From positions 1 to 51,095 of the forward strand of contig JBGPTG010000001.1 of assembly GCA_041490545.1 (NCBI GenBank): 51,095 nt of DNA, read 5' to 3'. Positions 19,070-26,969 of this stretch are shown here, piece by piece (position 1 is the first letter of the stretch; each line of letters starts with the position of its first letter). The translations under genes and the position numbers were made by a program. This DNA is from Gammaproteobacteria bacterium. Its GTDB lineage: Bacteria > Pseudomonadota > Gammaproteobacteria > Burkholderiales > SG8-39. The notes under the pieces were generated by a model. That model did not search any database and had not been told where the DNA came from. It worked only from the letters and a program-made list of their open reading frames with translations.

Positions 19070-19308
19070 GCATACAGGGAACCTGTATCAGGCGGGATTA
19101 ACTCACGCTCGACAGCGAGCGCTCGACGTACTTCACTACCGGGAATGCTGCGACATTTCGGATATAGCTGGCGGATCAGCGCGTACATTTCTTCGCGGGT
19201 TCGTTTCGCGCCTGGCGGCGGAATTCTGGCAGCCACTGCGGCTGTGCCGGTCGTGCCAATGGACAACAAAGAAGGATCGGGCGTTTTCGAGCTCATGAAC
19301 GCGCGCAC
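19066..19308 (-). pseudogene. Truncated duplicate of the 5' end of the DUF4910 gene
   Basis: The 80-aa ORF contains EEMYALIRQLYPKCRSIPGSEVRRALAVERELIPPD. This parallels ISTLMQAMYPICRSITGDGVRQTLDLVQQWIPLE at the start of the next gene, and the ORF stops right after it. Confidence 0.5.
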
Positions 19309-19877
19309 GGTTCGTCTGACTGCGCGCGCCCGAGTTCCCGAATTACTTCCGGCCCGAAGTCCGGGTAACTGTTGTCGCGCTCGATGATGACACGCTCATC
19401 CTCGGGCCAAACGATTCCGAACGCCGGGTCGTTCCAGCGCACACCGCGTGCATACCGCGGCTCAAAGAAATCCGTCATCATGTAGGTTACTTCAGCGTCA
19501 TCAACAAATGTCTGGAATCCATGCGCAAAGCCAGCTGGAATATAGAGCGCATGATGGTTTTCGGCCGACAATGTCACGCCAACGTGCTGCAGAAAGGTCG
19601 CAGATTTCGGACGCAGGTCCACAATCACGTCGTAGATTGCACCTGCGGTACAACGCACGAGCTTGGCCTCCTGAGACGGCGGCACCTGGTAGTGCAACCC
19701 GCGCAGAGTGCCCTTCTTGTGATTGAAGGAGACGCTCGCCTGAACCATGCTGGGGATCAGCCCTTGCTGCTCGAACTCCCGCATGCACCAGGTGCGCGAG
19801 AAAAAACCGCGCTTGTCCTCATGCCGTTCCGGCTCGACCACGTACGCTCCGTCGAGATTCGTATTGCGAAAGATCAT
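19293..19877 (-). CDS. RmlC-like NDP-4-keto-6-deoxyhexose 3,5-(or 3-)epimerase (cupin)
   Basis: MIFRNTNLDGAYVVEPERHEDKRGFFSRTW..LRGLHYQ..EAKLVRCTAGAIYDVIVDLR. ATG at 19877 forms an ATGA overlap with the upstream stop. The ORF-track start at 19889 is TTG. Confidence 0.85.
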   Translation of the reverse strand: MIFRNTNLDGAYVVEPERHEDKRGFFSRTWCMREFEQQGLIPSMVQASVSFNHKKGTLRGLHYQVPPSQEAKLVRCTAGAIYDVIVDLRPKSATFLQHVGVTLSAENHHALYIPAGFAHGFQTFVDDAEVTYMMTDFFEPRYARGVRWNDPAFGIVWPEDERVIIERDNSYPDFGPEVIRELGRAQSDEPCARS

Positions 19878-20911
19878 CAGTAGCGCCAATAGAACTCGTC
19901 GTCAATCTGACGCGTACGGATCAGGAACTCTAGCTGCTTGAGTCGCGTAAAGGCGCGGAACTCGAAGACATCTTTGGGCATTTCAATGCGCTCGAACAGC
20001 TCGCGCAACTGCTCCGCTCCGCGACGCGCATCCCATTCGCATTTGAAACCTGGCAGGCCTCTGGTGATCTTGTCAAAATTTACCCGATAACTGCGGTTGT
20101 CTCCCGCGCTCGACCCCATCGTGACTTCACACCCAGGAAATACGCTCCCCACGATCTCGGCGATTTCCCGTACACGGTAGTTACTTGCGTTGCTTCCGAC
20201 GTTGAAAATCTGATTGTGAATCGTCTCGCGCGGCGCCTCGACTGCACAGGACATCGCTTTGCAGATATCGAGCGCGTGAACGAGCGGCCGCCACGGCGTG
20301 CCGTCGCTCGTCATTGCGAGCTTTTTCGTGGTCCAGGCCCAACCCGACAGGTTGTTCAGCACAATATCGAATCGCATCCGGGGCGATGCGCCATAGGCCG
20401 TGGCGTTACGCAGGAATACCGGAGAGAACTTGTCATCAGCGAGTTTGCCGATATCACGTTCCACTGAGACTTTGCACTCCGCGTACGTCGTTTGCGGATT
20501 TGTCGGCGATGATTCATCCAGGAACTCACCGCTGCCCAAGCCGTAGACGCTACACGACGATGCGTATACGAAGCGAGGCACGCCGGCGCGTCTTGCGTTC
20601 TTCGCCATCTCGACCGACCCGACGTGATTTATCTTGAAGGTAACCGCCGGATTGTTTTGCCCCAAAGGATCGTTGGAAAGCTCGGCCAAATGAATCACCG
20701 CGTCGAATCCACGCAGGTCGCTCTCAGATATAAGTCGTAAATCCTTGTTGAGCATGAGAGGAAAAGTGCGGAAGTGCCGACTGTCGCTGTACAGATTGCC
20801 ATCGCGGTAGTATCCCGTATCCAGACCAACGACATTGTGACCGCGCTCGACCAGCATTGGCGCAAGCAGCGCACCGATATAGCCTTCCACCCCTGTAACA
20901 AATAGCTTCAT
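19877..20911 (-). CDS. Extended SDR, NAD-dependent sugar epimerase/reductase (not a 4,6-dehydratase by motif)
   Basis: MKLFVTGVEGYIGALLAPMLVERGH (Rossmann fold), ASSCSVYG and YAECK (YxxxK). The TDE motif of 4,6-dehydratases is absent. Confidence 0.8.
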   Translation of the reverse strand: MKLFVTGVEGYIGALLAPMLVERGHNVVGLDTGYYRDGNLYSDSRHFRTFPLMLNKDLRLISESDLRGFDAVIHLAELSNDPLGQNNPAVTFKINHVGSVEMAKNARRAGVPRFVYASSCSVYGLGSGEFLDESSPTNPQTTYAECKVSVERDIGKLADDKFSPVFLRNATAYGASPRMRFDIVLNNLSGWAWTTKKLAMTSDGTPWRPLVHALDICKAMSCAVEAPRETIHNQIFNVGSNASNYRVREIAEIVGSVFPGCEVTMGSSAGDNRSYRVNFDKITRGLPGFKCEWDARRGAEQLRELFERIEMPKDVFEFRAFTRLKQLEFLIRTRQIDDEFYWRY

Positions 20912-21051
20912 GTGTCGAAACCCAGTTGAATTGCTGAATGTAATTATCGACCGCGCCCCCGACATGGAGGCTGGCCATGGTTGGTACTTGACGTTTCGCT
21001 AGGATTGCATTTATCTGGACCGGTTGCAATCGAACTGCGCCCGCTTCGGGA

Positions 21052-22302
21052 CTAGAAAACAGTGACACGCGGAATCGGAATGACGAACTTCCCACCCCAT
21101 TCTCGGACATATGCCATTTGGCCCGCGATCTCCTCTTTGAGGTTCCACGGCAAAATAAACAGGTAGTCTGGCCGAGTCTCACGAATCTTGTCAGGATCGT
21201 AGATGGGAATGCGCGTGCCCGGCGTAAACTTGCCCTGCTTATAGGGGCTACGGTCCACTGTGTAGTCGATGAAATCCTGGCGAATACCGCAGTAGTTCAG
21301 CAAGGTATTGCCCTTGCCGGGCGCGCCATAGCCGACGACCGTTTTCCCGGCACGCTTGGCGCCAATGAGGAACTCCAGTATCGCGCGTTTCGTTTCCTTG
21401 ACCCGCTCGGCGAAAGCAAAATAAGTCTCGAGCCGGGTAAAGCCCTGGTCTTGCTCCCGCTGTTTGAGCGCAGCGACCTGCGCGGAAACGGGCAGTGCGC
21501 CATTGTCAGTATGACGCGCGAAGATCCTGAGCGATCCGCCGTGCGTGTCAAGCTCTTCCACATCAAAAAGGGTGAGCCCGTGAGCCGCAAAAACCTTCTC
21601 CACCGTGAAGAACGAGAAATAGGAGAAGTGCTCGTGGTAGATCGTGTCGAACTGGTTACGCTCCATCAACCGATAGAGGTGCGGAAACTCCATGGTGATG
21701 ACGCCCTGCGGCTTGAGCAGTATTTTCATCCCAGCGACGAAGTCGTTCAGGCCGGGCACGTGCGCCAATACGTTGTTGCCGAGCAATAAATCCGCCTGGC
21801 CGGTCTCCTGCGCGATCTCGCGTGCCGTCTCGCGGCCGAAGAAGCGCACGGTGGTCGGAATTCCCTTCTCCTGTGCAACCTGCGCCACGTTTGCCGCCGG
21901 CTCAACACCCAGCACCGGAATGCCCTTGCGCACGAAGTGCTGGAGCAGGTAGCCATCGTTGCTGGCGATCTCGACTACCCGGCTCTGCGCGTCAAGCCGA
22001 AACCGCCGCGTCATTGCCTCAGCGTACAGCCGCGCGTGCTCCACCCAGCTATCGGAATAGGAAGAAAAGTATGCGTAGTCGCTGAAGATGTCGTCGGGCG
22101 CGACATACTCGTCGAGCTGTACCAGAAAGCACTCGCTGCACACGTACGCATGCAACGGGTAAAACGGTTCCATGTGATTGAGCTGCTCTGGGGATATATG
22201 TGTCTGACACAGCGGTGACATGCCGAGGTCGACGAACGTGTGACGCACTCGCGTGCCGCAAAAGCGACAAGCGCAGTAACCAATAGCACTCTCTGCTGGC
22301 AT
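21052..22302 (-). CDS. NDP-hexose C-methyltransferase (TylCIII-like; zinc-ribbon, SAM-MTase and C-terminal domains)
   Basis: CRFCGTRVRHTFVDLGMSPLCQ..PLHAYVCSECFLVQL (4-Cys zinc ribbon), VVEIASNDGYLL (SAM motif I), then a conserved C-terminal domain. Start ATG at 22302, preceded by GAGGACGGGCT. The 85-codon ORF-track extension is Arg-rich junk. Confidence 0.85.
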   Translation of the reverse strand: MPAESAIGYCACRFCGTRVRHTFVDLGMSPLCQTHISPEQLNHMEPFYPLHAYVCSECFLVQLDEYVAPDDIFSDYAYFSSYSDSWVEHARLYAEAMTRRFRLDAQSRVVEIASNDGYLLQHFVRKGIPVLGVEPAANVAQVAQEKGIPTTVRFFGRETAREIAQETGQADLLLGNNVLAHVPGLNDFVAGMKILLKPQGVITMEFPHLYRLMERNQFDTIYHEHFSYFSFFTVEKVFAAHGLTLFDVEELDTHGGSLRIFARHTDNGALPVSAQVAALKQREQDQGFTRLETYFAFAERVKETKRAILEFLIGAKRAGKTVVGYGAPGKGNTLLNYCGIRQDFIDYTVDRSPYKQGKFTPGTRIPIYDPDKIRETRPDYLFILPWNLKEEIAGQMAYVREWGGKFVIPIPRVTVF

Positions 22303-22353
22303 AGCCCGTCCTCGATATTGTCCAAAAACGCGGTAAATTTGTGGAAAATGATA

Positions 22354-22369
22354 AGCAAACAACGTGCCA
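22354..22369 (-). promoter_or_regulatory. Sigma-54 (-24/-12) promoter for operon A
   Basis: The minus strand reads TGGCACGTTGTTTGCT, a full match to TGGCAC-N5-TTGC(A/T). The GC of the -12 element lies about 53 nt upstream of ATG 22302. Confidence 0.7.
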
Positions 22370-22725
22370 TGCTCAAGCAAAATTCCGATATTCGTTGTCC
22401 TGAGCCCCCGTTGGCCGGGGCGTTTAGCCTGGGGGCGACCACGTAGGCTTCCGCGACGCCTGCGACTAACGGCCCGCCGCTTCGGCTCCCAGGGGGCATC
22501 TATCGGCTGCGTCGATGGAACCCGCACTGCCGTCCGCGGGCGCCTGCACCTCGACATATCTCACAATTCTTCGGACTTTCCCAAGGCAAAGCCCCGAGAG
22601 CACAACTCCTGCGGACATCCGTGTGCCTTTCCCTCCCAGCGTCGGCGCTTCTTGGGCACATCAGGTCTTGCGTATATCATGACCTCAAGGAGGCGGGGTC
22701 TTCCAGCAGGAACTTTGGCACAAGT

Positions 22726-22757
22726 ATACCGGATCGTAGCCATACCGGATCGTAGCC
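22726..22757. repeat. Perfect 16-bp tandem direct repeat in the divergent intergenic region
   Basis: ATACCGGATCGTAGCC occurs twice with no spacer. It lies about 150 nt upstream of ATG 22904 and about 360 nt upstream of the sigma-54 promoter at 22369. Confidence 0.9.
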
Positions 22758-22903
22758 TCGTCTTCTCCACCAGGTGAAGTACCATGCATGTCAAATTTCT
22801 CAAGAAGAAAGTTGCGCGTGAATAGGAGGCTGGGGGCGGCGTCGCTGTCGGCGAACGTTGCGTCAGATTCGCAAGCTAAGCAGAGTCGGGAGCGGCGTGC
22901 GTC

Positions 22904-23764
22904 ATGAAAAATGCCTTCACCGTGGACGTCGAGGACTACTTTCAGGTTGAGGGGTTCGCGCGGGTCGTTGACCGGAGCTCATGGGACGGATTTCGCACGC
23001 GAGTAGGCGCGAGCACGGCCACCCTCCTGGAGATGCTCGCGCGACGCAATATTCATGCGACGTTCTTCGTGCTCGGCTGGGTGGCGCGCAAGCACCCGGA
23101 GATCGTGCGCGAGATCGCCGCGGCAGGTCATGAGGTCGCCTCGCACGGGATGAGTCACCGGCCGATCTACACGCAGACGCCTGCGGAGTTCCAGCGCGAG
23201 ACGCGGGACGCCAAGGCGCTACTCGAGGACTTATGCCAGAAACCGGTGATCGGTTACCGCGCGGCGACTTTCTCGATCACCCGCCGCTCGCTCTGGGCGC
23301 TCGACATTCTCTGCGAGGAGGGCTTCCGGTACGATTCGAGCATATTCCCGATACGCCACGACCGCTACGGGATTCCCGACGCTGAACCCAAGCCGCACGT
23401 CTTGACGGCACCCGGCCGCGGTCGGCTGGTGGAGTTCCCGATTTCGGTGCTGCGCTACGCAGGGGCCGGGATTCCCGTGGGGGGCGGGGGTTACTTCCGG
23501 TTGTTTCCATATCGATTCACTCGTTGGGCATTGCGCCGGTTGAACCGGCAACAGCAGGAATTCGTCTTCTATATCCATCCTTGGGAAGTCGATCCGGAGC
23601 AGCCCCGGATACGGGCGGCAAGTCCCTTGTCGCGCTTTCGACACTACCTCAACCTCGAGCGATGCGCGCAACGCCTCGGCCGCTTGCTTGACGACTTCGA
23701 GTTCGACACGATGCATGCGGTCCTGGCGCAGCGCAATTTGCTGCCAAGTCCGGTGACCGCCTGA
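22904..23764 (+). CDS. Polysaccharide deacetylase, PEP-CTERM-locus subfamily type (TIGR03006-like, with DUF3473-type C-terminus)
   Basis: MKNAFTVDVEDYFQVEGF..ATFFVLGWVARKHPEIVREIAAAGHEVASHGMSH is the characteristic N-terminus of this subfamily. Confidence 0.85.
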   Translation: MKNAFTVDVEDYFQVEGFARVVDRSSWDGFRTRVGASTATLLEMLARRNIHATFFVLGWVARKHPEIVREIAAAGHEVASHGMSHRPIYTQTPAEFQRETRDAKALLEDLCQKPVIGYRAATFSITRRSLWALDILCEEGFRYDSSIFPIRHDRYGIPDAEPKPHVLTAPGRGRLVEFPISVLRYAGAGIPVGGGGYFRLFPYRFTRWALRRLNRQQQEFVFYIHPWEVDPEQPRIRAASPLSRFRHYLNLERCAQRLGRLLDDFEFDTMHAVLAQRNLLPSPVTA

Positions 23765-23867
23765 CGGGGACCCATATGTCGGGAACCCGGCGGGAGATCG
23801 GCCGTTCTTGCGAGATCGCGCAGGTTCCAGGTATCAGCGGCGCGCCCCGTGCGGAACGATCTGACCC

Positions 23868-25124
23868 ATGCTGTTCATCTTCCTCTACCTCGTTTTTCTG
23901 TTCATCGCACCCCAGCTGTGGATCGAGCCGTTCGTCGGGATGCGTGTAGACCTTTTTCTGTATCCGGCATGGATTGGCTGGATTGCGATGACGGGCCGAG
24001 CCGGAGAACTGTTCCGCCTTGGCCCGCAGGACAAGTTCTTCGCCGCGTGGCTGGTGTGGATCGTGGCGTCTATTGCGGTCAACGGATTTACAGACAATAG
24101 CAGTAACCTTATCCAGGACTACCTGAAGTGGTTCATCCTCTATCGTCTGATCGTGGTGAGCTTGCCGACACTTACCCAGGTTCGTCGCGCGTCGCTGATG
24201 CTGTTGTTCTTCAGTCTGATCCTGGCGGTAGAGGGTATCCAGCAGATGCACAGCCCGAGTGGCACAGGTTGGGCCGGGCAGGGATTTTCGTGGGTAGACG
24301 TAGAGGCGGCCAGCTCAGGTGTAGCCGGCAGGACGCGATGGATCAATATCTTCGACGGTCCCGGGGTATTTTGCATCGTCTACACGATCGCGCTGCCCTT
24401 TGCAGCGCAGTATCTTGGCAAGTCGTTCGGAACCGGCGCTCGACTGCTCGGGATCCTGCTGCTGGCCCCGCTCTTGCTGGCGACTTTCTACACCGGGTCG
24501 CGCGGCGGTTTCCTGGCGACGGTCGGCGTGTTCGGACTCTTTCTGATGACGAAGTTTCGTATATCGCTTGCACGCATGGTACTGATCGGCGGCGTGCTGC
24601 TCGCGGTGCTGGCTTTGGCGCCGAGTTATCTGACTTCGACAAGTGATGCAGAGAACTCCGCTCAGCATCGCATTGACATGTGGGCCGAGGGCATAGAAAT
24701 GGTTAGATACCAGCCCGTGTTTGGGATCGGGCGGGGTAATTTTCTGCGCTACACGAACAGGTTGATCGCTCACAACTCCGCGATCGAGATCATGGGCGAG
24801 ACTGGCTTTCCCGGGCTGTTTCTCTGGCTGGGAATCATCTACATGGGCTTCAAGAACCTGCTTGCCGCATACCGCGAGATCGAGGATCCGGTGCCGCGCT
24901 CGTTTGTGATTGCTCTTGGCCTGAGCGTCGTCGGCTACATAATGAGTTCGATGTTTGTGACACTCGAGTATGAAACGTTCTATCTCTTGCTCGGCCTCAC
25001 GGCGGCGGCCGGTAATACTCTGATTACGCCGCCGAAGTTCACGCGGTCGGATTTCTGGACGATGGGTGCCATCATTGCGGCGTTCTTCGTCTTCGTGAAA
25101 GGCGTCGTCATGCTGTATGTCTGA
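23868..25124 (+). CDS. O-antigen ligase/polymerase-like membrane protein (Wzy_C; resembles the exosortase-A-associated O-glycosylation ligase family)
   Basis: 418 aa and multi-TM. Wzy_C-type loop FLRYTNRLIAHNSAIEIMGETGFPGLFLWLG. Confidence 0.75.
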   Translation: MLFIFLYLVFLFIAPQLWIEPFVGMRVDLFLYPAWIGWIAMTGRAGELFRLGPQDKFFAAWLVWIVASIAVNGFTDNSSNLIQDYLKWFILYRLIVVSLPTLTQVRRASLMLLFFSLILAVEGIQQMHSPSGTGWAGQGFSWVDVEAASSGVAGRTRWINIFDGPGVFCIVYTIALPFAAQYLGKSFGTGARLLGILLLAPLLLATFYTGSRGGFLATVGVFGLFLMTKFRISLARMVLIGGVLLAVLALAPSYLTSTSDAENSAQHRIDMWAEGIEMVRYQPVFGIGRGNFLRYTNRLIAHNSAIEIMGETGFPGLFLWLGIIYMGFKNLLAAYREIEDPVPRSFVIALGLSVVGYIMSSMFVTLEYETFYLLLGLTAAAGNTLITPPKFTRSDFWTMGAIIAAFFVFVKGVVMLYV

Positions 25125-25199
25125 GGCGCCGGCCGGACCGATGAACCATTCCCTGAACACGAAGAAGAAGGACACGCTCGCGCGTGGCTGTTCGCGGCG

Positions 25200-26969
25200 A
25201 TGCTCGCGTTCCCTGAGCTGTTCTCCGGACATGCGGCGCGTAGAAGGCGAAGAGGCATGATCGACAAGCGTGCCCTGCGCTGGGAGGTGATGAACGCCGG
25301 TGGTTGGGAATACCTGTTACCCCGCGCGGTGCGGCGCCGATGGCTGTGTGTGGATGCGAGTCGCGGCGCCACGACGCTGCTGCTGGCCGGGCTGTGCGAC
25401 GAACTGCATGTGGTCCCGGCGAATCGTGCGGCGAGCGCGGAGATCGCCGATAAACTACGCGCAGAAGGCGTGGTCAATACTCGGCTCGCTGCTGACGGGG
25501 CATTTCCGGAGGAGGCACACGGCGATGGGTTCGACGGTTTTATCCTCCACGACCTGAGCGGGGTGCTTGGCCGGCGGGCCGTCGAGCAGGCGCTGCGAAC
25601 GGGCGCACAACGGGTCGCGCCGGATGGCTTCGTCTATGCGGCCCTGCGCAACCGCTATGGCTACACGCGGTTGCGGCGCGGGTGGTCGGAAATCAGTCAA
25701 GGTCGAATCGGGGCGTATTTTTCGGCGCGCAGCATACGACGGCTGGTGGGCGAGGGACGAAAAATGGCGCTTTACCCGCTGATCTGCACCGAGGATGGGC
25801 GAGTCACGGAGATGGTACCGCCTGGTGGTTACGTATCGGCAAAGAATCCGTCGCTGGCAAAGGAAACCCTGCGACGCTGGTTGCTCGGGCGTCAGGGTGC
25901 GCCGCGCTGGAGCCCCGGATTTGCCTTGGTGTCAACTGGTGACCCGATGGCGCGCAGCGGGCTCGAATGCGCCCTCGACACGCTCGAGGCGCACGGTTGT
26001 CTCAAGGCGCGAGTCGAATCCGGCACGCTCATCAAGCGCTACCACGTGCTCAACGGCGGCAAGGCGATCGTCTCCGTCGGAGAGACGCCCGGAACGTACG
26101 GAAGCCATATCGTCGTGCTGGTGCGCTCACCCGAGTTCACGGAAAGACGGCGGCGCGAAGGCGAGCTTCTTTCGCGCCTTGCAGCGCTGCCGGCAGGCAT
26201 CGCGAGCCGGATCCCGCGCTTCTACTACGAGGAGGAGGCGGGCGGTGCGCATGTATTCGTGCTGCAGGAATTCCCGGGCGTCACGCTGGATGCGCCGGGC
26301 GCCGGATTGCGCGTGGCAACGAGGGACGCCGCGGATTTCCTCGTGCGACTGCACTCGGCCACCCGGCAGGCCGTGCGCCTCACGCCGGAACGCTTCCAGG
26401 TGATGTTCGGTGCGGCGCTCGAGATGGCGCGCCGCCGCTATCCGGCGCTTGTCACCACGCTCGATCTGCTGGAGGCGACGCTGCTGAAGAGTCTGGCCAA
26501 CGCCGATTTTCCGGTCGTCTGGATGCATGGCGATTTCAAGATCGAGAACATCGTGGTCGATGAGCGCTCTTGCCGGCTGCTCGGGGTGATCGACTGGGAG
26601 ATCTCCGAGCCCGAAGGCTTGCCGCTTCTCGACCTCTGGTATCTGTTCCTTTACAACCGGCAGATCGAGCGCGGCGCCGATTTTCTCACGGTGGTGCAGG
26701 ACGTGTTCCCTCCGCGCCAATTCACTGGCGAAGAGGCCGCCCTGTGCGCCGGATACATGCGTGCGCTCGATATTCCGTCGCGTCTGGTACCGGCGCTCGC
26801 GGGCGCGCTGATCCTGCACCACGCCGCGCGGCGCATGGAGTATGACCCGAATGACGCGGGGACGATGGAAAGATTGCGAATGCTTATAGAAAAAGTGGTT
26901 GCGTGGAATGACGGCGCAAGAGCGTCTTCGCCAACGAGTACGATATACGGGGCGACGCGCGATGCTTGA
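25200..26969 (+). CDS. Two-domain protein: degenerate Rossmann/methyltransferase-like N-domain plus APH/choline-kinase-type phosphotransferase domain
   Basis: C-domain motifs FVLQEFPGVTLD, WMHGDFKIENIVVD (HGDxxxxN catalytic loop) and GVIDWEISEPEGLPLLDLW. ATG at 25257, preceded by GAAGAGG, is an alternative start. Confidence 0.7.
   Translation: MLAFPELFSGHAARRRRRGMIDKRALRWEVMNAGGWEYLLPRAVRRRWLCVDASRGATTLLLAGLCDELHVVPANRAASAEIADKLRAEGVVNTRLAADGAFPEEAHGDGFDGFILHDLSGVLGRRAVEQALRTGAQRVAPDGFVYAALRNRYGYTRLRRGWSEISQGRIGAYFSARSIRRLVGEGRKMALYPLICTEDGRVTEMVPPGGYVSAKNPSLAKETLRRWLLGRQGAPRWSPGFALVSTGDPMARSGLECALDTLEAHGCLKARVESGTLIKRYHVLNGGKAIVSVGETPGTYGSHIVVLVRSPEFTERRRREGELLSRLAALPAGIASRIPRFYYEEEAGGAHVFVLQEFPGVTLDAPGAGLRVATRDAADFLVRLHSATRQAVRLTPERFQVMFGAALEMARRRYPALVTTLDLLEATLLKSLANADFPVVWMHGDFKIENIVVDERSCRLLGVIDWEISEPEGLPLLDLWYLFLYNRQIERGADFLTVVQDVFPPRQFTGEEAALCAGYMRALDIPSRLVPALAGALILHHAARRMEYDPNDAGTMERLRMLIEKVVAWNDGARASSPTSTIYGATRDA

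Noticed and set aside
21052-22557. Long N-terminal extensions in the ORF track (for example 21052..22557, 15256..16284, 16232..17038, 36939..38108, 35723..37021, 40411..41961 and 48815..50197)
   Set aside because: The extensions are Arg/Pro-rich, and most overlap the 3' end of the upstream gene or, as at 48815, run through a gene remnant. They also precede canonical family N-termini that have their own ATG/GTG and RBS or a stop/start overlap. Internal starts were adopted.
22716-22730. TGGCAC hexamer on the plus strand upstream of operon B, as a possible third sigma-54 promoter
   Set aside because: The -12 position reads TACC and the GG-N10-GC geometry is not met. It is kept only as context for the adjacent 16-bp tandem repeat.
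22561-22803. 80-aa minus-strand ORF in the divergent intergenic region
   Set aside because: It spans the 16-bp tandem repeat and has no RBS or motif. The region is more likely regulatory DNA.
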